NCBI GenBank assembly: GCA_012295275.1
Contig: CM022679.1
Span: forward strand, 1,240,001 to 1,304,000
Length of the DNA stretch: 64,000 nucleotides
DNA from: Chrysomallon squamiferum
Lineage: Eukaryota > Animalia > Mollusca
Direction: 5' to 3'
A program made the position numbers and the translations under genes. Positions within the stretch are counted from its first letter, which is position 1. Each line of letters starts with the position of its first letter. Positions 1-13,335 of the stretch are shown here, piece after piece. Below the pieces are notes generated by a model that saw only the letters and a program-made list of their open reading frames with translations, was not told the origin of the DNA and searched no databases.

Positions 1-31
1 ATACGAGAGATATCGCACACATTCTGGTCAG
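1..31 (+). CDS. ANKFN1: ANKFN1/wake-like gene, 3' end of an exon truncated by the window edge (..TRDIAHILV-R)
   Basis: Open CpG-containing frame from nt 3; donor CAG|GTACGG at 32; phase 2 (AG+A=Arg) joins exon 934 in frame giving TRDIAHILVRKHLQRSKTLP. Confidence 0.6.
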
Positions 32-758
32 GTACGGCACAGTTAATCAGACACTGATTTTATTCATTGCTTTCTCTCTCTGACTGCTCTCTCAGTATCA
101 GTTAATTTGTTGGGACATTCACCCAACACGATCAGTTTCACCCATTCCAAACATCACAGTAATACGATCATTTTTCTTCTCTTTTTTTTTCAATTCCAAA
201 CATCATAAGTTAATTTCAGCAAGCTTGTGAAAGTTTTTTTTTCCCCCTATCTAGTCAGTGCCTCATTTATATGGGTATGCTGTTAATAACATAATATTTT
301 TTTTTTATTATCATCATTTTTTTTTTTTTTCTTTTTCTTTCTTTTTTTTTTTTTTTTTTTTTTTTTAAGAGTTAATTGAGTTCATCATACAAAATATTAG
401 CACAATTTAGAGATTGTGTTATCTTTGCCTGCAGATCTTACTTCACACCTGTCTGTGTAGAACTAAAACTACATTTCCTACCTCATCTATTACACAACTC
501 ATTACATCCATACCTCTGACTGAGAGTGGAGAACAAACCCCCCACGCCTCTTTTCATAAACCTGTACTCACTCACCTGTAAATATTAACTTTTATATGCT
601 AGGATATTCCTCCTACTCCTCCTCCTCCTCATCATCATCATCATCACATTCTTCTTATTATTATTATTATTATGAAATCATTTTATATATAGTGTATTTT
701 TAAATTTAATGCAAGTGTGTTTTCTATTTCTTTTCTAAGATAAATGTAGAATAAAAAG

Positions 759-760
<2 letters not shown>

Positions 761-836
<76 letters not shown>
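761..836 (+). repeat. (CT)n(CA)n microsatellite; representative of many SSRs: (CT)n 16391, 28942, 38001-38233, 40555; (TG)n 41928-42035; (AG)n 31904; (ACAT/ACCT)n 18612-18830; (TTA)n many
   Basis: Direct reading. Confidence 0.97.
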
Positions 837-837
<1 letters not shown>

Positions 838-933
838 TGCACTTTAACACATTGTACTAAAACGTAACACTTTGTTGCAGTTAGTCAAACAAAACACTGT
901 ATCTTATTATTACACATTTTTCTGTTTTCACAG

Positions 934-1112
934 AAAACATCTGCAGAGATCAAAAACACTGCCCGTCATTGACGTCCCCAACAACCTCAACACCACGTCG
1001 ACAACCACGACAACCAACACGCTTCACGTCCGCGATGGATTAGTACACAGGAAATTTTCTGCTCCCGGGGAGATTAATGAGAGAGAAGGACTCCAAGGCT
1101 CCCCGAAACTAA
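934..1112 (+). CDS. ANKFN1: ANKFN1-like N-terminal exon (KHLQRSKTLPVIDVP...LQGSPKL)
   Basis: Pyrimidine tract tttttctgttttcacag|, donor A|GTAAGT, GC/CpG-rich island in AT-rich intron, open frame, phase 2-1 compatible with neighbours. Confidence 0.8.
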
Positions 1113-1446
1113 GTAAGTGACTCGCAAAACTGATTACACGCTTTTAACTTTTCTTCTTCACTGACGACAGCTTCTAGAAAAATGTCAGCGCAAAGGTTGC
1201 TTTTTTTTGTTTTTTTTTTTAAATTTTAAAGAGATATGGAAGTGGAAGATTTTCTTTAGTTATTTGAACATTTTTAAATTAATGATGATAATGATAATGA
1301 TGATAAAGCAAATTAATGAATTTTAAATATGCTTGAAATTATCAAAATTAATAATTTTGAGAAATTTTCACGTCGAAAAAGTTTGAAAATGATATGATAA
1401 GTCACTAAATGTAATTTTTTTTTCTTTTCTTTATTTTTTTCTTCTT

Positions 1447-1477
<31 letters not shown>

Positions 1478-4365
1478 TTATTATTATTATTATTATTATA
1501 ATTATTATTATTATAATTATTATTATCATTATTATTATTATTTAAGTAAGAATAAAATTTATCAAATTAATTTGAATTAAAAGCACAAAATGTTATTATA
1601 ATAAAGCCAATATTTCAGAAATTATTTAGTGGTAATGTAATAATAATAATTTGTAAAAAACGGAGTTTCCTGATTGCAGTTATGGATTTAAGGAACAATT
1701 TTCTCTGACCTATTTGAGAAGTAATAAAATAAATTGTCTAATCTAACCTGAGGGAAGAAACACAAATCAATAAAGAAAAAAAAAGAAAAGAAAAATTTCA
1801 GTAACCCAATAGTAAATGATTAAAAAAAAAAAATAAAAAAAATAGTAATAATAATAATAATAGTAATTCTATTACTGCTACTACTACTACTACTACTACT
1901 ACTGATAATAATAATAATAAATAAAAAATAAATAAAAATAATAAGAAGAAATGGTTTAATTTTAAATATTCTTTTTAAATATAATCAAACTATATAGAAC
2001 AAGCTCTAGCTGTGAGATGGAGCATTCATTATCAGGGTTCTCTGTATTAGAGCAGTTGGTATTTCAGTCACAGGTTCAGTCTCCACTGGGTTACCCTATT
2101 CAGTTATTTCACAATCTAGACACTGCTCCCTTATTTATATTTCAAAAAGCATTCTTTGTTCATTTAATATCACCTCCACAGATAACAATATTATTGTTTA
2201 TTAAGCATCAAATGTGATTAGTTATGTGTGCTGAAATGTTTGTTGTTGTTGTTGTTGATGATGGTGGTGTTGATGTTGATGATGAAATCTATAGTTACTC
2301 ATCACTCTGTTTTGAAAACAGTGAGCAGCAAGACATGTTTTACAAATACACACCCATAGACAGGAGAACATGTATCAGTTTTTGGAGCATCAGTCATAGA
2401 GCTCTGTTTAGAACAGGAAAAAAAAATACATACATACATATGAAACCATGTATAAATAAAATGTGAAAGACAAATAAACATTAACCTGATAACAAAACTG
2501 GTTTGGATCAATGAACTTTTTTCCTTTTTTTTTTTTAAATTTTTTTTCATTTTCCAATGCAGGTATAAAACAGCTATAAAATCTAAACAGACCCACGAGT
2601 CAGCCACAGCAAGTTTCCTTAAATTAATCAACCTGCGATGGTTACACACACATAAATCTGATGATGTAGGTAATTAAATAGAACACTGATCTGGAGGGGA
2701 TGTGCAGTCCGCACAACAAAAACACCACATCCAATTTTATTTTTAGTTTTATTTTATTTTATTAATTAAGCTCGTCTCGCACAGAGAGAGGTACAAGTGC
2801 AACAAAAGTGCACTGACGACACCCTCCCCTTCACGGAGCACTGGGTCTGCTCCTGGAGGAACATCAAATGTGATGGTTTAGAGGCAGGAGATGGACAGAA
2901 TTAATAACTTGTCCACTGTGTGCTGCTGCCAAGACAAGAACTTTTATCTGTTTTTATGATTTAGCAGGTTTTTAGTTAATTGTCATTACGAATTAATCAG
3001 TACACGAAATTTAATTACAGCAGTACCAAGGAAAACAAGAAAGCTGGGAGTAATATCAGTAGTAGAGGACTGGTAGTGAAAGTAGATGTAGCAGAAGGAA
3101 TGGTAGTTGAAGTAGCGTTGACATGGTGGTGGTGGTGGTGGTAGTAATAGTAGCAACAGTGATGAAGTTGCAGTTGGTGTTGTGGTAGCAGTAATAGTGA
3201 TGGTGATAGGGTACTAGTAATGGCAGTGGTGGTAGTAGTAGTAATGCAATAGTAACAGTAGTAATATTGTAGTAGTGAAAATATGTAGTAGAATTCTAGT
3301 AGTGACAATAGTAGTAGCAATAGTAGTAGTAGATTTAGCAGTAGTAGTAGCAGTAGTAGTTGCAGTAGTAGTTGCAGTAGTAGTAGTAGTAATTATAGTA
3401 GTAAATGTAGTAGTAATAATGGCAACAGTAGTAGTTATCATAGTACTTGTGTTAGTAGTAATAGTAGTTGTACTAAAAGTAATAATGATAGTACTAATAG
3501 TAGTTGAGCTAGCAGTAGTAACAGTGTTTGTATAATAGTTATTGAAGTAGCAAAACAGTGGTAGCAAACTGAAAAGCAAATACTATAATCTTTAATAAAC
3601 TAAATATAGCACGTTGTTGGAACAGGAAAAAAGATCAATGGGTGCTTTAAAAGCACATTGATTCTGGAACCCTTGTAACTTCAGTCTGGCGAGAATATTT
3701 TTATTTAACCACAGAGACACAGAAATACTGGTGTGTAGAACACGTAGTTATCTGTAAGTGGTCATTAGATATCAACTGTATGTAACAACTGTCAGTGTAT
3801 GTCATCTAACAACATCACCTACAGCGGTAACAGACAGGAGAGGAAGTCACTGAAACGGCTACAGTGATGTACTACATCTACAGACACCTTCTTACTGTCA
3901 CTCACAGTCTGGGAGTGGCTGTAGTGCAGTGGTTAGACAGGTCGGGTGAAGATCGACAGCTACAAAGCACTGGCTTTTTTTTTCTCAGTTTTGTGCTCAA
4001 GCCAGAAACTCATGCTTTGTTTTGTAAAATAGTCTAAGAAAATCAGTATCAGGCTTTCAGAGAACAGTATTTAGATTTGGTCTGTAGAATGTAGCTTGTA
4101 CTGGTTCATGTAATTACTAATGATAATAAGAAGTACACAGAAAAAGAAGAAGAAGAAGAAGAAGAAGACAAAGAAAAAGAAGAAGAACAACAATAACAAC
4201 AACAAAAACAAACAAGAATAATAATAAGAAGAAGAAGAAGACAGAATAACAACAAAGACAACAACAAGCAGAAGACAAAGTAGAAGATGAAGAATAACAA
4301 CAACAACACAACAAAAACAATAATAATGATAATAATAATAATAAAAAAATATAAATAAAAATAAA

Positions 4366-4410
<45 letters not shown>

Positions 4411-4666
4411 TAATAAATAAATAAATAAATAAAACAGACAATACTGAAATTGTAAAGTAATTTTTGGAAAAGACAGAATGTGAATAAGATGACAGAATGT
4501 GAATCTTTGTCAGACTAAACGAGATGTTCACACAGCTGGTGGTTTTTTCACTGAGAACAAAATGTGTGTGATTTGTCTGAGTGGGGGTGAAGTGTGGAGG
4601 TGGGTGGCAAGACAGGAAGACTCTTCAGTGAAGGGGGAAAGTAATTGGCAATTATGATTCTACTAC

Positions 4667-4822
4667 ATCAGCAGTTTGAACTAATACAGATATTATCAGT
4701 GTCTTTTGTTACCAGTTTGTGTCTGTATGTCTGAGTGTGTGTGTGTGTGTGTGTGTGTGTGTCTGTATGTCTGAGTGTGTGTGTGTGTGTGTGTGAGTGT
4801 GTGTGTGTGTGTCTGTATGTCT

Positions 4823-4875
<53 letters not shown>

Positions 4876-4884
4876 TGTATGTCT

Positions 4885-4935
<51 letters not shown>

Positions 4936-4999
4936 TGTATCAGGAGTTTGAACTAATACAGATATTATCAGTGTCTTTTGTTACCAGTTTGTGTCTGTA

Positions 5000-5051
<52 letters not shown>

Positions 5052-5115
5052 TGTATCAGCAGTTTGAACTAATACAGATATTATCAGTGTCTTTTGTTAC
5101 CAGTTTGTGTCTGTA

Positions 5116-5163
<48 letters not shown>

Positions 5164-5228
5164 AGGAGTTTGAACTATTACAGATATTATCAGTGTGTCT
5201 TTTGTTACCAGTTTGTGTCTGTATGTCT

Positions 5229-5273
<45 letters not shown>

Positions 5274-5327
5274 AGGAGTTTGAACTAATACAGATATTAT
5301 CAGTGTCTTTTATTACCAGTTTGTGTC

Positions 5328-5371
<44 letters not shown>

Positions 5372-5445
5372 AGTAGTTTGAACTAATACTGATATTAACA
5401 GTGTTTTGTTGCCTGTTTATGTTTGTGTATCTGAGTGTATATGTG

Positions 5446-5480
<35 letters not shown>
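4667..5480 (+). repeat. Composite minisatellite: ~65-nt constant block (ATCAGxAGTTTGAACTAATACAGATATTATCAGTGTCTTTTGTTACCAGTTTGTGTCTGTATGTCTG) x6 separated by (TG)n
   Basis: Six copies read directly at ~4667, 4939, 5054, 5162, 5272, 5370. Confidence 0.92.
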
Positions 5481-5482
<2 letters not shown>

Positions 5483-5496
5483 ATATATATAGATAG

Positions 5497-5528
<32 letters not shown>

Positions 5529-5629
5529 ATACAAGTTTGTCTCTATATATATGCATGTATGTCTGTGTGTGTGTTTTTTATCTATAGATTTTGGTACAAA
5601 CTACAATGAATTGGCTTATTTGATGCATT

Positions 5630-5810
5630 AACCTGATTCTCACTCTGACAAAAGCTCTTTAGTTGTCTTAGACTATACTATGCTATGTGTGCTATCACAT
5701 TAAAAACATGACATTTGATAAATGGGAATAGCACAGTGAACATCCTGACTGGGAGTTGATCCAGGGAGCTGCATAACTCAGAGGTGAAGTGTAACCAGTG
5801 ATCTAGTCTG
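5630..5810 (-). mobile_element. Degraded SINE 5' part, reverse orientation
   Basis: Reverse complement gives ..CACTGGTTACAC..CTGGATCAACTCCCAGTCAGG..CTATTCCCATTT resembling the head of the same family. Confidence 0.4.
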
Positions 5811-8800
5811 CTGTGTTAAACACATTTTGTCTAAGATCAATAGTTTTATGTCAGCGATTGAGGAAACATCAGAGAGACAGATATTGTCTGGCATCATTGG
5901 TTATTTTTGAAACTTCAGGAAGTCAGTTCTCATATTGTCTCAGGATGTAATTGTTTTTTTACATACAGTGATTGATTTTATTATCACGGAAATGGTTCTT
6001 ACATATAGTCTTAGATTTTATCATTATTATATATGTTTTCTGTTGCGGTTTTTTATTTTTATTTTTATTTTTTTTTACTTCATATTCTAAATATGTCGTA
6101 GAGTTTTAATAATATCTAAAATAATAGTTTTATGTTTTCATTTTATTAAATGACCTTATATATTATTTCTGACTTTAAAAATATAGCACAATTTTATAAT
6201 ACCATGAATATATATATATATATATAGAAAGATTGATAGATTGAGAGATAGATAATTTTGTAAATATAATGTTATAATCTTTTGATAATATCAATTACTA
6301 AGATATTTCATGTACTAAAGTTACCATAAGTCATATATACTTGACCAAAATTATATTACTAACATTTGATGTATACTAGTCATCATAGTAAGATCCACTG
6401 GTTTCTTCAGTGTACCGACCTTACCTTGTATTTTTATTTTTTATTTTATTTATTTTACTGTATTTTTTTTATTTTTATTTTTATTTTTTTTATTTTTTTT
6501 TATTTATGTATGTATGTATGTATTTATTTATTTATGTATTTTTGTTGTTGTTTTCTTTTGTTTTCTCTCTCACTATAATTCATTTCATCTTGACTGTTAT
6601 TTAACCCACTCTGATGTGAGCCTCTTTCTGAAACTCTGGATCTTCCCTCTCTCTTTACTTCAACATGGCAATAAAGAATTTTATTTGTTACTGTAAAACG
6701 TTCTTGAAATGAAAATCTAGAACTATGAATATTCACTAAGACACATCAGTTTGAGGTTCTGTCAGAGAACTGTATGTACTGGAGAAACAACAAGTCACTT
6801 CACAAAAATATAACATTCCAAGTCACAGATTCAATTCACCTATTGTAGCCCAGGGCTATTTCCAGATCAAGACAGTGCTCCGCATCTAGTATATAAAAGG
6901 TTATGGTACCTGTTTTGCACTGTCTACCTGGAGTTAATTTGCAAAGTGTGGTGTGTGTGATCAATACAGTCTTTCTCTTTTTCTTAATAATCTTCTAGGT
7001 GTAGGTTTCTAACAAGTCTGACCATGAAAGTCTCCAGCAACCTTTCACTAACATTGTGAGTGGACATCAAAGAGTGGCTAATTGTATATCTGTATCACAA
7101 TACACTTAATTACTAATTACACCACAGAACTGGTTGTCATGGCAACATCATCTTTTCACTACCCCAGTGATGGGGGGGGGGAGTCTGACTGATGGTCATT
7201 GTCTAGAGGTGAAATCCATGTTTCTTTGACTCTGATTTCTGCAAACTTTAGATCACATGCACTGTCAGATCTCTTTGTGGACCAGCTAATGTATCAGTCT
7301 GTATATTACTGTTACTTGTGTAATACACTGGTTAAGTCACCAGCTGAAAGACTAACAGGTAGTGGGTTCAAAACCAGACAGAAGATAAGAAATGAAACCA
7401 CAAACACATCACACAGTTTCACACTTCAGTACAAAATCTCATTTACAACACTCAAATCAGAGACACAAGTAAATAATTTTTACTATTAATACTTTAATGT
7501 CTAATTAGAAAAAAAGATGATTAAAAAAGGAAAGATGCATCAGTTACTCTTGTCATTCAGCAGAAACTTTTATTTCATTGTACCTTCTCAGAAATAGAAA
7601 ATAATATAATTTTTTCTAATATTAAACAAGCCAAAGAGTACAGGTTGGAATGTGAAAAAAGAGTTTGAAAACAAGAGTACTGGCTGCAGCAAGGCTTGTT
7701 ATAAAACAGTCTAATTTGCAAGGTCAGTTTCAAAGACACCCACTGATTAGGGTGTTTCCATAGCGATTCAGTTTGAACTTCACTTGTTGAGTTTCAGTAA
7801 TGTGTTTAAAACTTTGCATTATGAATATTTTTATCTGACAGTTGTGTCAGTGGTGAAGCTTCAAAACATCTCAGTGTGAACAAAACTCTGAGATATGTCT
7901 GTACTCAGCTTGGTTATTAAAGTACAGACTCAGACATCAGAGATAACAGGATCTGTCCTCCAAAGTGCAGCCGTAATATAATTTTCCATTCCAGATTTAT
8001 TCCTGTCAATGGGAAGATGTGGTATTAATAGTGATATTGAGCTCAGCTTCATTTCTTTTCATTTTTCTTTATTTTTTCACCAAAAATGGGTATCAGTCAG
8101 CATATTTTTCACATTTTTCAATTATTTCACACTCTGTCATCTGCACCATTCTCTAGACATTATCAATCTTTATTGTACAGTGATATATCCATCTTTATTG
8201 TACAGTGATATATCCATCTTTGTCTGTCAGTCTTTTTATTTTCATTAATTCTTATCAATTTTACTTATGTATCTACTTTTTCATTCTTTTTCTCTCATCT
8301 GTCTTTATCTCCTTCTATTTGTCCCTCTCTCTCTATCTCTCTCTCTAGCTTTCTCCACCTCTCTCTCTCCCTGATTCTCTCTTTCTGTCTGTCTGTCTGT
8401 CTGTCTCTGTCTCTGTCTCTCTCCCTCTCCCTCTCTCTGTATGGTCTATGTGTCTCTTTATCTGCATATTAAAAATGCAGACACCATTCACAATGTTTGA
8501 CATCCCTGGGGACATTTTGTCCATACATCACAGTGATCGCTTTTCATTACTTCAAATGAGAAGAGCTGTCAGGAAGGGACACAACCCTGTCAGATCAATT
8601 AGCAGACGGGCTGTCAGTGACTAAAGATCATTCACAATTCAGTGAACAGTGATATTGAATTTAATACTTATTAGCGGTGATGTGCGGCCAAGCGGAAATC
8701 TCTCATGTTTGTTTTTAATTCTCATGATGTCCTTCAGTGACATTTCACTCTCAGTGATTACTGGGCAGATACTTATCTGTCTGTATATATGTATGTTTGT

Positions 8801-8833
8801 CTTTGTGCATGTGAGTATGTATGCATGTGTGTA

Positions 8834-8893
<60 letters not shown>

Positions 8894-9365
8894 GTGTGTG
8901 TGCATATTTTACTGTATATTCCTGTGCATATTTGTATGTCTCAGTGAATCTGTATATGTAAATGTGTGATTGTTTTGCTGATAAATTTATGACATGTGGA
9001 TGACCATATGTTAATGTTATGTTCATCACTGAAAAAATAGAGAATTCTTCATAATTAAATTTTAAGAATTTTCTTAATGTCACAGGCCTACTGATTATTG
9101 TTTTGTCAAATTCTTTTTTTATTATTTATTATAATTTTAAAAATTTACTATTAGATTTATTACTATTCCATTTACAATTTATCATCATCATTACTATTTA
9201 TTTATTTATGTTAATATTATTAATTTCATCATCATCTTCATCATTACTACTATTATTACTAATATATTTTATTACTGTTATTATTATTATTGTTGTTGTT
9301 GTTGTTGTTCTCATTATTTCAGTTCTGCATGTTTCATCACATTTATCATGTTTCTTTCACTACAG

Positions 9366-9458
9366 GTTCGTCATCACGCAGTAAACGTTGCAGTTATCAT
9401 CAGCATCGCAGTGGCAGCGTTGACAGGCTGAGGTCATATTCTCGTACAGTCTCTGGGG
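9366..9458 (+). CDS. ANKFN1: ANKFN1-like exon, 93 nt symmetric (SSSSRSKRCSYHQHRSGSVDRLRSYSRTVSG)
   Basis: tttctttcactacag| acceptor, G|GTTAGT donor, CpG-rich, phase 1-1, no stop; not in the ORF track. Confidence 0.8.
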
Positions 9459-10035
9459 GTTAGTATGTTAAACACTAAAAGTATTTTATAGTTAGTATGT
9501 TAAACACTAAAAGTATTTTATAGTTAGTATGTTAAACATTAAAAGTATTTTATAGTTAGTATGTTAAACACTAAAAGTATTTTATAGTTAGTATGTTAAA
9601 CATTAAAACTATTTTATAGTTAGTATGTTAAACATTAAAAGTATTTTATAGTTACTATGTTAAACACTAAAAGTATTTTATAGTTAGTATGTTAAACATT
9701 AATCACATACAAATTATTTTATAGTTAGTATGTTAAACGTTAAATCACATACAAAGTATTTTATAGTTAGTATATTAAACATTAAATCACATACAAAGTA
9801 TTTTATAGTTAGCATGTTAAACATCAAATCAATACAAAGTATTTTATAGTTAGTATGTTAAACATTAAATCAATACAAAGTATTTTATAGTTAGTATGTT
9901 AAACATTAAATCACATACAAAGTATTTTATAGTTAGCATGTTAAACATTAAATCACATAAAATATTTTATAGTTAGTATGTTGAATGTTAAATTACATAA
10001 ACTAATTTATAGTTAGTATGTTAAACATTAAATCA
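9459..10035 (+). repeat. Tandem repeat, 16 units (32 bp, then 40-42 bp), beginning exactly at the GTTAGT splice donor
   Basis: Unit GTTAGTATGTTAAACAyTAAAAGTATTTTATA; starts at 9459, 9491, 9523 ... 10012; later units carry an AATCACATAC-like insertion. Confidence 0.95.
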
Positions 10036-10849
10036 TTATTAACCATGTTTATTAACTGGTGGTTAGTTTGTTAGTGTGTTAAATCATCATTACTGAAAAC
10101 AGAAATACATCTGATATCGTAAGATGTTTAAGTAAAAACTCAGACTAGTCTTTGACAAATAAATCTAAATGAAGCAGACTTGTGCAATGATTCAGCATTC
10201 ACTCTGTGAACTCACAGGTCAGGGGATCAATTCTGCACTGTGGCCCAGTTCTGACTAAAAGCAGTGAGCTGTTTTAAAACAGTTTATTTCACACAATTGA
10301 TTTTCTCTCCACTCAGTATTGATATTTTCTGTAAACCACTTGTGTTACAGCCAGACAGCTTTTCACTGTGCCTGCTTTCCTTCTACTTTTCTTCTCTTTT
10401 TCTTCCCTTTTTCTTCTCTTTTTCTTCCCTTTTCTTCTACTTTTCTCTTTTTCTTCTCTTTTCTACTTTTCTTCCCTTTTCTTCTATTTATCTTCTCTTT
10501 TTCTTCTACTTTTCTTCTAATTATCTTCTAATTTTCTTTTTCTTTTTCTTTTCTTTTTTCCTATTTATCATTTTTCTTTCATTTATCTTCTCTTTTCTTC
10601 TTTTTCTTCATTTTTCTTATTTCTTCTTCTAGTTTTCTTCTCATACTTGGATATTTTACTAAAGAATAATTTATTATTACAAGGTACATTATTTCTTGCT
10701 ACTGTTATTATCATCATCATCATCATTGTTATTATTTTTATTGTTATTAGTATTGTTATCATTATCATCATCATTATTATTATTTTATTATCATTATTAT
10801 TTTATTATTTTCATCATTATCATCATCATCATTATTATTTTTATCATTA

Positions 10850-10906
<57 letters not shown>

Positions 10907-12404
10907 TATCATTATTGTTATTATTATTATTATTATCATTGTTATTGCTGTTATTTACCAGTTTCATACAAAAGAAGAAAAAACTCTGATTTGTTATTGA
11001 AGTGTTTATTACTGATAACTAATATTATATATTTCTGTTTGCTTAAATAGTTAGAGAGTGCAGAAAGCAGATTTCATCCAAAATTATTTAACCATTTATT
11101 TTTTATACACATTGTGCCAAAGTGTCATTTACATTCACATAACTATAAACTAAAGGAAGGGAGACAAATCTAGTGTACCTGGGGTAAAGTTTAAAGTTAA
11201 TTTGTTTACAAAGTCTATAGAGACCAAGTGACCTTTAAAATCAGATTCAGCTAAACTTCTAACAGATTTTTACTGAAACCATAAAATGTGTTTTAACTTT
11301 TAAAATTCTCATTTGTTAAAATTAATTTTATTACAAATTTTATTTAAAATATCTCTCACTGCTATCATTATTACTGTGACATTAGGTGAAACTGCTGTGT
11401 CAGTTATTTTATATCAGATGATAAAGTTGAAATTCTGTTTTTGTTTGTTTCTTGTTTAAAAAGAGACAGAATGAAAAAAGTGAAGTGGAATAAATCCTTA
11501 TTTGATATTGATTGTGAATAATTTTTAATGGTTTTTACTTTTATTTTATTTTTATTTTTTTCCTGCTCATTCTGTTGTGACTTTTTGCAATCAATGCTTA
11601 ACAAGCCCTGATAATCAATCAATAATACGTCCAGAGAAAACCAGTTTCATACCTCACAAACCTGTTATCAATTAACTGAAATAAAATAAAAATATGTTAC
11701 ACTGCAGTAAACACTAGTCAGGTGTATTAATAGTTTAATATTAGATAACACCAAGCTGTACAGGTAGGTGATTGTCAAAGACAAATACCTGTACAGAGAG
11801 ATACTACTACAACTACTACAACTACTGTTATACTATTTCTACTATTATTACTACAATTATTGCTAATACTACCATCATCACCACTACTACTACTACTGTA
11901 CCATTACAATTACAGTACTACAATTAGTATTGCTATTATTAGTAGTACTATTATTACTGCAGCTATGCTACTATTACCACTATCACTATTACTATTCCAA
12001 CTGCTACTACTACTACAACTATTACCACCAGTACTACTATTCCTACTACTACTACTACTACTATTCCTACTACTACTACTGTTATACATTTGCTACTATT
12101 CCTACTACTACTACTACTATTACTACTACTACTACAAAAACAAAATGTGTTATGAATGATCAATATTTTACATTCCTCTTACACTTTCCTCTTCATTCCT
12201 TTTCTCTTTCTCTCTCATCTTTCTTTCTTTTCTTTCACTTTTTCTCTTTCTTTCCACGTTTTTATGCCAGTATGTGCAGCTGTGTGTTGTATACAATAAT
12301 ACAGTGTGACTTCAGTTATATGCCAGTCACTCGTGTAAAATGTCTGTGTATCAGTAACTGACGAGATTGCTGCTTGTTATGTTTTACCAGTGAGTAGAAG
12401 TGAC

Positions 12405-12560
12405 ACTGTGACGTTTACTCACACCAGAGTGACAGGTAGCTCCGCCCACTGACAAACACTTGATTTGTCACATTGATTATTGTCTCAGTGGATGGCACTC
12501 CACGACTCAGTCTTGTTAGTTGGTGAGCGCTGCTAGACTCGGCTTCTCCAAGAGCTGATC
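12405..12560 (+). promoter_or_regulatory. Candidate internal promoter upstream of alternative exon A
   Basis: Local CpG/GC enrichment, TGACGT (12409), GC box CCGCCC (12442), ~700 nt before ATG 13145. Motif-level evidence only. Confidence 0.35.
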
Positions 12561-13144
12561 TCACTTCTTTGTTGTTGTTATGAAAAGACATTTTTCTCTC
12601 TCAGTTCTGTTACTCTGGACAAAAGGTGTGGGTGTTTTTATTGCTGCAGGAGAGCACAGTATGAGAGTGAGAAACACAGACTACAGGTGAAATGAACATG
12701 TAAAGAATTTGTATTGACATTGTGACAAAGGTGTGTCTGGTGACAGACAGGTAGAAAGTGTTTATGTGAAAGGTAGAAAGTTTTCAGGTGAAAAAAACAA
12801 AAACGCAAAGTTCTCATGATATGTTTTTATCCTGGCTTTGGATCTTAACCAGTGCTGAAATGTTTTTTAAGTCTGTTGAAGAAGAAAATAAATGTTTTAA
12901 GTTTTCATCGGTGGCTTTCAGGTGATGAATTAAATCACTTGACATTTACAGAAATTGTTTTCTTTGGATGGTTTTTATAAAAAGATAAAAAAAATCAGCC
13001 TTGTTTACTCTTGAGGACATTTTATAAAAAAAAAAAAAAAAAAACGTTTTTGTTAGTTTAATTAAACTTAAAGAATGAGTTATAAAAAAAAAGAAAATAA
13101 TCTGTAACTGTGCAGTGTGTAAAAACGGTTAAAGCACGCCTGTC

Positions 13145-13292
13145 ATGCTGCACAAAGACATGAAGGATGTACAGCAGTGTCATGCGTGGCAGAAGAAAAA
13201 CCGAGTGTTTCAGATTTTCTCTCTGAAGAAAAGTGCAAGCTCTGGAAGCTTGCAAGAAAAGCGATCTTGCTGTGCACCACCTGCAAGAGTCC
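13145..13292 (+). CDS. ANKFN1: Putative alternative first coding exon A (MLHKDMKDVQQCHAWQKKNRVFQIFSLKKSASSGSLQEKRSCCAPPARV)
   Basis: ATG 13145 follows in-frame TAA; 49 open codons; perfect C|GTAAGT donor at 13293; phase 1 (C+GC=Arg) fits exon 22025. Confidence 0.6.
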
Positions 13293-13335
13293 GTAAGTAG
13301 CAGTTTCAGTGAGCTTTTTATTTGTTACATTTCTG

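Noticed and set aside
2770-2800. Possible 6-nt micro-exon CAG|AGAGAG|GTACAA in a CpG-rich island
   Set aside because: In frame but weak donor and poor pyrimidine tract; expected by chance.
3015-4531. ORFs with poly-Thr/Val/Tyr/Ile/Leu (likewise 10264-12361, 16275-16701, 18397-18986, 27927-28551, 35741-38320, 41875-43509, 55962-56258)
   Set aside because: Translations of tri-, di- and tetranucleotide repeats; no domain, no splice or phase support.
7325-7385. tRNA-like A/B boxes (TGGTTAAG...GGTTCAAAACC); similar minus-strand box near 48870-48930
   Set aside because: No complete cloverleaf or acceptor stem; best explained as SINE heads.
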